A DNA stretch of 33,316 bases from Candidatus Stahliibacteriota bacterium. Its GTDB lineage: Bacteria > Hydrothermota > Tepidihabitantia > SM23-42. Where the stretch lies: contig JAUWLY010000003.1 in assembly GCA_030613445.1 (NCBI GenBank), positions 1-33,316 of the forward strand, given 5' to 3'. Position 1 is the first letter of the stretch. Each line of letters starts with the position of its first letter. This document shows positions 18,154 through 26,010 of the stretch, piece by piece. The notes under the pieces were generated by a model. The model did not search any database. It saw only the letters and a list, made by a program, of their open reading frames with translations, and was not told where the DNA came from. A program made the position numbers and the translations under genes.

Positions 18154-19851
18154 ATGATCAAGGCGTATTTATCTTTTACCTTGCATTCCCACCTGCCCTG
18201 GGTCTTAGGCCATGGCCGGTGGCCTCATGGTACCGACTGGTTGAGCGAGGCAGCTGCTGAATGCTATATCCCGATCTTAAATCAGTTAAACAGGTTAATC
18301 GAACAAAGCTACTCTCCCCGTATTAATATCGGTATTACACCGATCTTACAGGAGCAGTTGAAGTCGCACCACTTTCACGACGAGTTTGAATTTTATTTAG
18401 AACACAAGATTGAAGCAGCTGAAAATGATATTAATGAATTCAAGCGTAAGGGGCAAAAAGAATATCTCATTGTGGCGAAGATGTGGCGCGATTTTTATGT
18501 AAATATTGAACATGATTTCGTTGATAAATTCAAAAGGGATTTGACTAATGCGTTCAGCCGCCTGCAAAAGCAAGGCTGTATTGAAATCATTACTTCGGCT
18601 GCAACCCATGGTTATTTGCCCCTGCTTAAACACGACCGTTCAGTCAATGCCCAGATCAAACTCGGGGTGCAGACTTACAAAAAGAATTTCAATAAACCAC
18701 CGGGTGGCATCTGGCTGCCAGAATGTGCTTACCGACCGTCTTATGAATGGGCGCCGGTCATTGGTTCAGACAAGAATGCCTATGCACGACAAGGTATTGA
18801 TGAGTTCCTCAGCAAAAACAATATTGATTATTTTATTGTTGATACTCATCTCTTGAAAGGCGGTAAGGCGATCGGCGCTTATTTAGCAAGGTTTAAAGCC
18901 CTGGCAAATCTTTGGCAGCATTTTAAAAAGGAATTCGTTGAGATCAAAGAAGATTTTGATAAAACCCCTTATGAGGTTTACTTGGTTTGCTCAAACCCTC
19001 AATTTAAGCCCGTCGCTATATTTACCCGCGATCCTCAAACCGCACTCCAGGTCTGGAGCGGTGGAATCGGCTATCCTGGAGAATCATTGTATCTTGATTT
19101 TCACAAAAAGAAATTTCCCAGTGGCTTAAGATACTGGCGCGTCACTGATCCTAAGGTTGATTTGGCAATGAAGCAACATTATGATCCAGATATCGTTGAA
19201 AATAAAATAGAAGAACATGCCCAGCATTTTCTATCCTTGATAAAAGAGTTGTCAAGTCGATATTATGCGAAGACTAACAAACCTGCTCTGATATGTACAC
19301 CGTTTGATACCGAACTATTCGGACACTGGTGGTTTGAGGGTCCTCAATGGCTGTACCATATCCTAAAGGCGGTTGAGCAAGATCCTGATATTGAACTGGC
19401 TACTGGTAATATGCTCCTTAAAGAATATGATCCTGAAAAGATCATATCTTTACCTGAAGGCTCATGGGGAGAGGGAGGTTTTCATTATATCTGGTTGAAC
19501 AAATGGACTGATTGGACATGGGAGAAAATCTATCAGGCTGAGGATAAATTCTATAGATTATATGACCGTTTCTTAAATACGCAAGACAAAAATAAATTAG
19601 CTTTGCTCAAGCAACTTGGGCGTGAGCTCTTACTCCTGCAATCCTCTGACTGGCAGTTCCTCATATCTACATGGAGTGCACGAGATTACGCAGAACTACG
19701 CTTCAGTCGTCATTTTGAGAACTTCATGTATTTGGCAAAAGCCCTTGAGAGAAAAAAACCAAGTGAAGAGGAAATGAACTTTTTAAAAGATGTAGCTGAG
19801 CAGGATTCCTGTTTTGCGGATTTGGATTTATCAATATTTGCAAAAATATAA
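18154..19851 (+). CDS. GH57 family 1,4-alpha-glucan branching enzyme (DUF1957 C-terminus)
   Basis: LHSHLPWV, WL.EA..ECYIP, SAATHGYLPL, GIWLPECAY, PFD.ELFGHWWFEG, LLQSSDWQF. Start moved to ATG 18154 because the promoter lies within the longer ORF. Confidence 0.93.
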   Translation: MIKAYLSFTLHSHLPWVLGHGRWPHGTDWLSEAAAECYIPILNQLNRLIEQSYSPRINIGITPILQEQLKSHHFHDEFEFYLEHKIEAAENDINEFKRKGQKEYLIVAKMWRDFYVNIEHDFVDKFKRDLTNAFSRLQKQGCIEIITSAATHGYLPLLKHDRSVNAQIKLGVQTYKKNFNKPPGGIWLPECAYRPSYEWAPVIGSDKNAYARQGIDEFLSKNNIDYFIVDTHLLKGGKAIGAYLARFKALANLWQHFKKEFVEIKEDFDKTPYEVYLVCSNPQFKPVAIFTRDPQTALQVWSGGIGYPGESLYLDFHKKKFPSGLRYWRVTDPKVDLAMKQHYDPDIVENKIEEHAQHFLSLIKELSSRYYAKTNKPALICTPFDTELFGHWWFEGPQWLYHILKAVEQDPDIELATGNMLLKEYDPEKIISLPEGSWGEGGFHYIWLNKWTDWTWEKIYQAEDKFYRLYDRFLNTQDKNKLALLKQLGRELLLLQSSDWQFLISTWSARDYAELRFSRHFENFMYLAKALERKKPSEEEMNFLKDVAEQDSCFADLDLSIFAKI

Positions 19852-19857
19852 CCACTG

Positions 19858-19934
19858 TCTGTCATCTGATATCCGTTATCTGTCATCCGTTATCTGTCAT
19901 CTGATATCCGTCATCTGTCATCCGTTATCTGTCA
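19858..19934. repeat. Tandem heptamer array (TCYGWYA) x11 with a 35-bp higher-order period
   Basis: tctgtca tctgata tccgtta tctgtca tccgtta | tctgtca tctgata tccgtca tctgtca tccgtta | tctgtca. Confidence 0.95.
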
Positions 19935-19936
19935 TA

Positions 19937-19964
19937 TTGACTTTTCAACCTTTTTAAATATCCT
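19937..19964 (+). promoter_or_regulatory. sigma70-type promoter for pcm (probably leaderless)
   Basis: TTGACT-16 nt-TATCCT, then 6 nt to ATG 19971; no SD. Confidence 0.62.
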
Positions 19965-19970
19965 AATATA

Positions 19971-20621
19971 ATGATCGAGGTCAGTGAATGGAAGCACGAG
20001 CGAGAACGTATGGTAGAAGAACAGATCGTGAAGCGTGGCGTTAAAGACACAAGGGTTATTCAAGCAATGAAGAAGGTTCCCCGACATCTCTTTATCGATA
20101 AAACATACTATCATCAGGCATATAATGATTATCCCTTACCTATCGGGCAGAGCCAGACCATATCTCAACCCTATATGGTTGCTTCCATGACTGAGCTACT
20201 TGAACTGAAGGGTGATGAAAGGGTTCTTGAAATCGGAACAGGGTCAGGTTATCAAACAGCTATTTTGGCACTTTTGTGCTCAAAAGTTTACTCCGTGGAA
20301 CGGATTTCCGAACTAACCAAAAAAGCACGACTGACTCTCGAGCAATTGGGTTTTAGTAATATCAATCTAATTGTCAGAGACGGATCCTTAGGATGGCCTG
20401 AGTTCGCGCCGTATAATGGTATCATCGTTACTGCTGGCGCTCCAGAAATACCAGATGCATTGATCGAACAGCTCGCCAATAACGGTCGAATGACCATCCC
20501 AGTCGGTAATGAAGCTTGCCAGACCCTTAATTACGTGGAAAAACATAAGGGACGTATCTATCGCAAAGAATTCTTTGGCTGTGCATTCGTCCCTTTAGTA
20601 GGCAAAGGCGGGTGGAAGTGA
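19971..20621 (+). CDS. pcm: Protein-L-isoaspartate O-methyltransferase
   Basis: VPRHLF, AY.D.PLPIG..QTISQPYMVA, VLEIGTGSGYQTA, DGS.GW...APY..I.VTA, FVPL.G. Confidence 0.97.
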   Translation: MIEVSEWKHERERMVEEQIVKRGVKDTRVIQAMKKVPRHLFIDKTYYHQAYNDYPLPIGQSQTISQPYMVASMTELLELKGDERVLEIGTGSGYQTAILALLCSKVYSVERISELTKKARLTLEQLGFSNINLIVRDGSLGWPEFAPYNGIIVTAGAPEIPDALIEQLANNGRMTIPVGNEACQTLNYVEKHKGRIYRKEFFGCAFVPLVGKGGWK

Positions 20622-20642
20622 AATTAAGGAAAGCACATGTGA

Positions 20643-20769
20643 TCAGGCTGACCGAGAATGTCGAAATTTGTAGAAGTAGAGCCTTTAGGCTCGTCCCGTT
20701 AAATGTGATTAAATTTCGACATATTTTCACGGGCGTAAACGCCCTACTCCTAATTCTCGGTCAGCCTGA
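20643..20769. mobile_element. MITE-like element containing an inverted REP-like pair, copy 2 (127 bp)
   Basis: Perfect 17-bp terminal inverted repeats TCAGGCTGACCGAGAAT / ATTCTCGGTCAGCCTGA. Internal GTAG-headed hairpins GTAGAGCCTTTAGGCTC and (minus strand) GTAGGGCGTTTACGCCC. Confidence 0.8.
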
Positions 20770-20777
20770 AACCCCTC

Positions 20778-20851
20778 CGGGGCGTAGCGCAGCGGTTTAG
20801 CGCGCATGGTTCGGGACCATGAGGTCGTGGGTTCAAATCCCACCGCCCCGA
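20778..20851 (+). tRNA. tRNA-Pro (anticodon CGG); CCA not encoded
   Basis: Acceptor stem CGGGGCG/CGCCCCG, D-stem GCGC/GCGC, anticodon arm CATGG-TTCGGGA-CCATG, T-arm GTGGG-TTCAAAT-CCCAC, discriminator A followed by TTA. Confidence 0.97.
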
Positions 20852-21080
20852 TTATTAGGGAATAGGGAACAGGATACAGGGAGCAATAATGGCAAAGAAA
20901 ATAGTTATGATAAAGGTAGTCGTGGGTTTCCCGTTTCTATCATAAATTTTTTCTTGAAGGAAACGGGATCCCGATTCCTTGAAATTAAAATATATAATGG
21001 GAAATCGGGACAAATCCCACCGCCCCGATTATTAGGGAATAGGGAACAGGATACAGGGAGCAATAATGGCAAAGAAAATA
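20834..21080 (+). repeat. Perfect 70-bp direct repeat (20834-20903 and 21011-21080) covering the tRNA 3' end and the first five codons of the next gene
   Basis: CAAATCCCACCGCCCCG...ATGGCAAAGAAAATA occurs twice, 177 bp apart. Confidence 0.95.
20929..21010. repeat. Two abutting TCCCG...CGGGA hairpin elements (40 bp and 42 bp)
   Basis: TCCCGTTTC...GAAACGGGA (20929-20968) and TCCCGATT...AATCGGGA (20969-21010), both with AT-rich loops. Confidence 0.8.
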
Positions 21081-21524
21081 ATAGCGGTGATTGGCGGTTC
21101 AGAGCCTGACGAAAAAAGTCTAAAAATCGCTGAAGAGGTTGGCTCTTTGATTGCTCAAAGAGGAGCCGTACTTATCACCGGCGGCATGGGCGGCGTCATG
21201 AATGCCGCTTCAAAAGGAGCAAAGAGCGCCAATGGTCTGGTTATTGGGATCCTGCCAAGTGGCAATAAAGCACATGCCAACCCTTATGTTGATATACCGA
21301 TTGTCACTGGTATGAGCGAGGCAAGGAACATCATTATCGCCCGAACCTGCGATTGTGCCGTAGCGATCAACGGCAAATATGGTACGCTTTCTGAAATAGC
21401 ATACTGTCTAATGTTCAATGTCCCGGTCATTGGTATCAATACCTGGGACATTGACGCGCCCATTAAAAAAGCGAAGAATGCAACCCAGGCAATGAAAATG
21501 ATCTTCGAGGAACTTCTGACATGA
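21066..21524 (+). CDS. TIGR00725 family protein (LOG/SLOG superfamily, Rossmann-like nucleotide-binding)
   Basis: IAVIGG, A.EVG..IA..G..LITGG.GGVM.AAS.GA, GILP, NPYVD.PI.TG...ARN, G..GTLSEIA. Confidence 0.9.
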   Translation: MAKKIIAVIGGSEPDEKSLKIAEEVGSLIAQRGAVLITGGMGGVMNAASKGAKSANGLVIGILPSGNKAHANPYVDIPIVTGMSEARNIIIARTCDCAVAINGKYGTLSEIAYCLMFNVPVIGINTWDIDAPIKKAKNATQAMKMIFEELLT

Positions 21525-21790
21525 AGGCTCAAATAATTGTCCAGGGTATAGTCCAGGGTGTTAACTATCGATTCTTCACTGTCAATATGGCAGAGCAATA
21601 CAATATTAGAGGTTATTGCCTTAATCTTCCTGATGGCAATGTTGAGGTCGTTGCCGAAGGTGATAAAGGCATGTTGAATGAATTCATCGAGCGACTGAAG
21701 ATCGGTCCCCCTTCTGCTCATGTTACAGGTATCGATGTAAAGTGGGATAATACTGACTCTGGATTTGACGATTTTGGTATAAGATACTAA
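21521..21790 (+). CDS. acyP: Acylphosphatase
   Basis: V.G.VQGV.YR, G...NL.DG.VEV.AEG, GP..A.V, F.IRY. ATGA overlap with the upstream gene. Confidence 0.95.
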   Translation: MKAQIIVQGIVQGVNYRFFTVNMAEQYNIRGYCLNLPDGNVEVVAEGDKGMLNEFIERLKIGPPSAHVTGIDVKWDNTDSGFDDFGIRY

Positions 21791-21875
21791 AAGATGGATA
21801 ACTAGGTTAGGGTTTGGATGCTGGATTCTAGCTTCCTAACCCAACCCCAATAACCATTTGTTCACAGGAGATTAT

Positions 21876-22388
21876 ATGGACCTAAAACAATATATCCGCG
21901 ATATCCCGGATTTCCCAAAAAAGGGAATCATTTTCAAAGATATTACAACCCTGCTAAAAGAACCTGCGCCATTTAAATATGCAATTGATTCAATCGTCAG
22001 CAAATACAAAGACAAGAATATCAACAAAGTAGTTTCGGTTGAAGCGCGCGGTTATATATTTGGTGGTGTTCTGGCGTATAATCTCAATTGCGGCTTTGTG
22101 CCGGTTCGTAAACCAGGCAAATTGCCTTCAGAGACACTCGCCATGGAGTATACGCTTGAATACGGCACAAATACTATTGAAATACATAAAGATGCACTCA
22201 AGATAGACGAAAGAGTCTTGATATTCGATGATCTCTTGGCAACTGGCGGGACGGTCCAAGCCACGTGTCAACTTGTAGAAAAACTAGGCGCGAAAATTAT
22301 TGGCTGCGCCTTTCTCATCAACCTCACATTTTTAAAAGGTTCCGAAAAACTAAAGGGCTATGACATCTTCTCCTTGATAGAGTATTAA
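21876..22388 (+). CDS. apt: Adenine phosphoribosyltransferase
   Basis: AGGAG SD before ATG 21876. IPDFPK.GI.FKDIT, EARG, RKPGKLP, Y.LEYG, DDLLATGGT. Confidence 0.97.
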   Translation: MDLKQYIRDIPDFPKKGIIFKDITTLLKEPAPFKYAIDSIVSKYKDKNINKVVSVEARGYIFGGVLAYNLNCGFVPVRKPGKLPSETLAMEYTLEYGTNTIEIHKDALKIDERVLIFDDLLATGGTVQATCQLVEKLGAKIIGCAFLINLTFLKGSEKLKGYDIFSLIEY

Positions 22389-22418
22389 CCTTAAAGAAAA
22401 GATAAAGTCATTAAAGGA

Positions 22419-22463
22419 CGTTAGAATCGTTTAAAGCGTTTAGATCGTTAATAATGTTTAAAA
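22419..22463. repeat. Degenerate 9-mer tandem repeat x5
   Basis: cgttagaat cgtttaaag cgtttagat cgttaataa tgtttaaaa. Confidence 0.65.
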
Positions 22464-22512
22464 CGCTGGAAATTCAGGAACCGTGCGCAGCACTCATAAC
22501 CGCTACATTTCT

Positions 22513-22646
22513 CCAAGCTCCAAATCCCAAGAGCCAAGAAACAAGTATTTCTTAATTGGAATTTGGTTCTTGTCCCGATTTATCATTTTGGATTATAATA
22601 TATAGGAAAATCGTGGATCCCGCAAAGCGGGAGAACTTGGATCTTG
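22513..22646. repeat. Inverted degenerate heptamer arrays interrupted by two TCCCG...GGA hairpin elements (22573-22617 and 22618-22632)
   Basis: ccaagct ccaaatc ccaagag ccaagaa faces ttggaat ttggttc ttg[insert]gaac ttggatc. The insert is TCCCGATTT...AAATCGTGGA plus TCCCGC-AAA-GCGGGA. Confidence 0.7.
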
Positions 22647-22653
22647 ATGCGTA

Positions 22654-23511
22654 TTATTGAATTACTATTTCTATTTTTGAATATTTTGGCTGGAGACCAG
22701 GGATAAACCTCGGTGCTGTCTTGATCGCCACTTCCGGCAAAACAACTCGTTCAATTAATGCGTTCATCACTGCATTACCCCGGGATCTGGCAAGAGCTTC
22801 AGATTCTGAATAAGAATAAACAACGACCTCTCTTTTGAAATTTTCTTTCACAATATTAGCAGCCTCATCAAGATATCCTCGTGCATCATGAGAAAATGTT
22901 GATGTCTTTTCATTGAAGAGCTCGCTGGAAGCAACCGCTACGATCTTCGTGTCCTTTTCATCGTAGATTACGCCGTTGAACTGATAGGAATGACCAGCAA
23001 TTCTCGTTGGGTTACCCACCGCATCAAAGGCTGTGAACACATAATCATATGTCTCGCCCATATTGCTCATATCACCATTCTCTGTTCTACCATCCCAGGA
23101 AATAGACGAAGGTGGTAAACCCCGTTCAGCAAATTTTCGCGCAATGTTACCTTTTGTATCAGTGATGATCAACTCCCAGGAAGAAATTGTCTTCTCAAAC
23201 CTTGGGATAAATAACGCAATGGTTCCATACATAAACCTGCTTAATAGGGGAACGCGTAAATATTCACTATGCAAATACAGAATAGGTGTGTTTAATTCAT
23301 CGATTGTTAAGTAGAGTTTCTCATCAAATAAGTATTTCTCCTGAGATATGACTGAATCCAATGGCGCAAAGGGTTTTAATTCTGGCCAAAGAAGTATCTT
23401 TCTATCCTGAATTTTGAGCTCTGCTTCACCTTTTATTACCTCTTCACCAATCTCATGCTCACTTGTTTTTGCTCCCTGCATGAAAAGAAAGGCTATCAAT
23501 ATAACGTACAT
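22654..23511 (-). CDS. Exported protein with an FlgD-like Ig domain and a degenerate OmpA-like C-terminal domain
   Basis: AGGAG SD and short signal peptide. W.L.I.D..G...R.F...G.PP..ISWDG; C-terminal LF....S......YLD..A.......VVV..YS.....LA..R..AV...L. Confidence 0.6.
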   Translation of the reverse strand: MYVILIAFLFMQGAKTSEHEIGEEVIKGEAELKIQDRKILLWPELKPFAPLDSVISQEKYLFDEKLYLTIDELNTPILYLHSEYLRVPLLSRFMYGTIALFIPRFEKTISSWELIITDTKGNIARKFAERGLPPSSISWDGRTENGDMSNMGETYDYVFTAFDAVGNPTRIAGHSYQFNGVIYDEKDTKIVAVASSELFNEKTSTFSHDARGYLDEAANIVKENFKREVVVYSYSESEALARSRGNAVMNALIERVVLPEVAIKTAPRFIPGLQPKYSKIEIVIQ

Positions 23512-23537
23512 TACACACTCCTAATATTTCTCATCGA

Positions 23538-24443
23538 CTAACCACATACGAATCTGAAGGTAATTATCCCCCATTGGTTTTCTTGAACGACATTTGATGG
23601 CAGCGGTGCAAATTTCCACGATTTCAATGCCTTGATCACTGCCTGATCCAAATCTGGAAAACCTGACGAAATCTCGATCAGGATGCCTTCTCGAACTGAA
23701 CCTGATGCCTCAACCCATATCCGGATTTTTACAACACCTGATATCCCCTGACGTAAACACCAACCAGGATACTTGGGCAGGATTTTGCTGAGTATCTGGC
23801 GACCGGCAATAGGTCCAGCAAGAGATATCTGGGTCTTGCCACCTTCAACCTTCAGTTTCTGTTCGACTCTCTGCTCTAATTTTTTGGCAATCGCTGAAGT
23901 TTTTGGTGATGGTGGTTTCTTATCTATCTTTATGGTTGGAACTTGTTTCTTGACACCAATGCCCCCTGAACTACCGATCCCAACCCCACCTTCACCACCG
24001 GCTCCCCTTGGAAGATTCTTTGCCAGGGATATAGGTTTTTCAGCAAGTATTTCAGCTGTGCTTTTCATTGAACCATCTTTACTGCTTCCTATCTTTATCA
24101 CATCACCAGCGCCGCCATCATTTATCATATATCGATCAAGATCAATCGTAGCTTGGCTTCGGTCAAGCTTTGCATCAAGGTCTATTGCCGGCGTAACGAT
24201 GTCGCTACCATAGCCACTTGGGTCGGCATCTGAATATGTCTCCTGAATTTCACTCCAGACTGAACCCTTTGAGATCACCTTAGCAACTTCAGGACGATAT
24301 GATTGATCAATCAAGGTGATCTCCTTGATGTCATCATAACTGAAATCAGACGTCTTGCTTGAACCTGATAAAAGTATGAATAATCCAACATGGATGACGA
24401 TCGAAATCACTATACCGATATCCAGTCTTTTATCTTTTAACAT
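23538..24443 (-). CDS. tonB: Energy transducer TonB family protein
   Basis: N-terminal TM with S-x3-H (SIVIH), Gly/Lys-rich linker, C-terminal P.YP......GI.G.V......SG.V.....SSG...LDQA...A...WKF.P. Confidence 0.88.
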   Translation of the reverse strand: MLKDKRLDIGIVISIVIHVGLFILLSGSSKTSDFSYDDIKEITLIDQSYRPEVAKVISKGSVWSEIQETYSDADPSGYGSDIVTPAIDLDAKLDRSQATIDLDRYMINDGGAGDVIKIGSSKDGSMKSTAEILAEKPISLAKNLPRGAGGEGGVGIGSSGGIGVKKQVPTIKIDKKPPSPKTSAIAKKLEQRVEQKLKVEGGKTQISLAGPIAGRQILSKILPKYPGWCLRQGISGVVKIRIWVEASGSVREGILIEISSGFPDLDQAVIKALKSWKFAPLPSNVVQENQWGIITFRFVCG

Positions 24444-24835
24444 TAATCACCCTTTGGTCTTTTGGTAGCGCAAGCGATACGCTTGGCACCAACTTTTTTC
24501 ACGCTGGCAAGAATTTCAAGAACGTCATTATGCAGAACACCTTTATCAGCCCGAACAATAACAAGCTGATAGGGGTCTCTTTCCAGTTCCTCAGCGACTA
24601 CCTGACCTAATTCTTCACCCAGGATTTCGATGTCATTGACCAGCAACCGGCCTTCAATCGTGTAGGTTATCGTAAGGTTTTCTTCAGTCTTGATCTCTGA
24701 AGTATGTGCTCTGGGTACATCAACCTGGGTCTGGGTGTGGGTCATAACTAATGGTGCGAGGATCATCATCGCCAAAACTAAGATCAAGCCGACACAGGCC
24801 ATTGGCAAAATATCGATATTTGCCATTCTTTTCAT
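24443..24835 (-). CDS. exbD: ExbD/TolR family protein (TM Asp replaced by Cys)
   Basis: Single TM (IDILPMACVGLILVLAMMILAP), V.VP.A, V.VRADK.V....V..IL...K..G..RI. Confidence 0.85.
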   Translation of the reverse strand: MKRMANIDILPMACVGLILVLAMMILAPLVMTHTQTQVDVPRAHTSEIKTEENLTITYTIEGRLLVNDIEILGEELGQVVAEELERDPYQLVIVRADKGVLHNDVLEILASVKKVGAKRIACATKRPKGD

Positions 24836-25245
24836 CTTCTACTCCTTAACAGAGCAAGCTGCCCAGCGCCTTTTTGTTTTGCGAGATCAAGGACTGTAAT
24901 AACTTGCTCATACTTAACATTTGGGTCAGTTGATATGATCACTTTTCGCGCCACGCTGCGCGCTAAGAGTTCGGGCAGCAGTTCGGTAAGCCCTTCATAC
25001 GTAACGATTTCTTCATTGAGCAATATCGCACCATCATCGAGTAAGTGAATATTGACCTTTATATCGCTAACATCAGCAGCTCCAGCTTTAGCAACACCTG
25101 GCGCATTGACGAAAATGCCGGATTCAAAAAACAACGGTATTGTCACGATAAAACCGATGACTAATGATAAAGCGATATCAACGAGCGAATTCATGATCAG
25201 CGCTTCCGGCTCGTTTTCAAACCTCAGGCGTTTGCGTCGTCTCAT
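24832..25245 (-). CDS. exbD: ExbD/TolR family protein
   Basis: Start at ATG 25245 (MRRRKR), immediately after the exbB stop. NSLVDIALSLVIGF TM with the conserved Asp; V.I..D..V.YE.VI.VLD.AK..G. Confidence 0.88.
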   Translation of the reverse strand: MRRRKRLRFENEPEALIMNSLVDIALSLVIGFIVTIPLFFESGIFVNAPGVAKAGAADVSDIKVNIHLLDDGAILLNEEIVTYEGLTELLPELLARSVARKVIISTDPNVKYEQVITVLDLAKQKGAGQLALLRSRR

Positions 25246-25246
25246 A

Positions 25247-25969
25247 TTAGAATTTCCATTCAGCCCCGGCTTCAGGTGTATTGAACTGCTGGGGCGCAGG
25301 CTTTGCCCCTGGTGTTGGGGCGGGTGCATCTTTGCTACCAGCTGATTTCTTCTTCAACCTGTCAAACATAACCACAACCCGATCGCTTACGCCATCGAGC
25401 GCCATCGCCATTTCACTGCTTTTCTTGGTAAAATAGTTGTAGAAAAAAAGCGTTGGGATACCAATGAATAGACCGAATGCCGTGGTCATAAGTGCCTCGG
25501 CAATACCTCCTGAAATTACCGCTGGGCCGCCTGAGCCGGTAATTGCGATATTGTGAAAGGACTTAATTAAACCCATTACAGTACCGAGCAGGCCAAGTAA
25601 TGTTGCGGCATTCGCTAAAGTTCCCATGCCGCCAAGGTACCGATCAAATTTCACTTTTTCCTCTATTATAAAACTTGAAAGAATTTCAAATAGATTGTCT
25701 GATTCTAAATGTCGATTATTAAGCGCAACTGTGAATAAGCCGTTCAAGGTGTCTTTCTTCTGCGCGGCATAGTTAAGGGCAGCACTGACACCTTGATTTC
25801 TCAATGTCTGACCGAATTGAATAAATCCCTTGCGTGCATTAAATCCATACTTTCTGAAATATATGAACCTTTCAATAATCAGCGCTAAAGCAACAACCGA
25901 GCAGACGAGTAATATAACCATTACAATACTTCCTTTGAAGATTTCAATAAGTGGTTGCCCTAATATCAT
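25247..25969 (-). CDS. exbB: MotA/TolQ/ExbB proton channel family protein
   Basis: AGGAGG SD. L...SV.AL.LIIER, LLGLLGTV.GLI.SF, GGIAEAL.TTAFGL..GIP..FFYN. Confidence 0.93.
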   Translation of the reverse strand: MILGQPLIEIFKGSIVMVILLVCSVVALALIIERFIYFRKYGFNARKGFIQFGQTLRNQGVSAALNYAAQKKDTLNGLFTVALNNRHLESDNLFEILSSFIIEEKVKFDRYLGGMGTLANAATLLGLLGTVMGLIKSFHNIAITGSGGPAVISGGIAEALMTTAFGLFIGIPTLFFYNYFTKKSSEMAMALDGVSDRVVVMFDRLKKKSAGSKDAPAPTPGAKPAPQQFNTPEAGAEWKF

Positions 25970-26010
25970 TCAACCTCCTTTTTTAGCCAAATACTAATAT
26001 TTTTTTCTCA

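Noticed and set aside
19858-19934. CRISPR array
   Set aside because: Pure tandem 7-mers with no unique spacers and no cas genes.
20834-21080. Prophage or integrative element at tRNA-Pro
   Set aside because: Only 107 bp separate the repeats, there is no integrase, and the repeat includes the start of the host gene. At most a scar.
20819-21109. 96-aa ORF with an internal repeat
   Set aside because: It starts inside tRNA-Pro and merely translates the 70-bp duplication.
21805-21841. Structured RNA or riboswitch upstream of apt
   Set aside because: Only a weak GGTTAGG...CCTAACC pairing; no purine-riboswitch consensus was recognisable.
23538-25969. Standard Tol-Pal or iron-uptake TonB locus
   Set aside because: No tolB, pal or TonB-dependent receptor in the operon. 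Action in trans on receptors elsewhere cannot be excluded.
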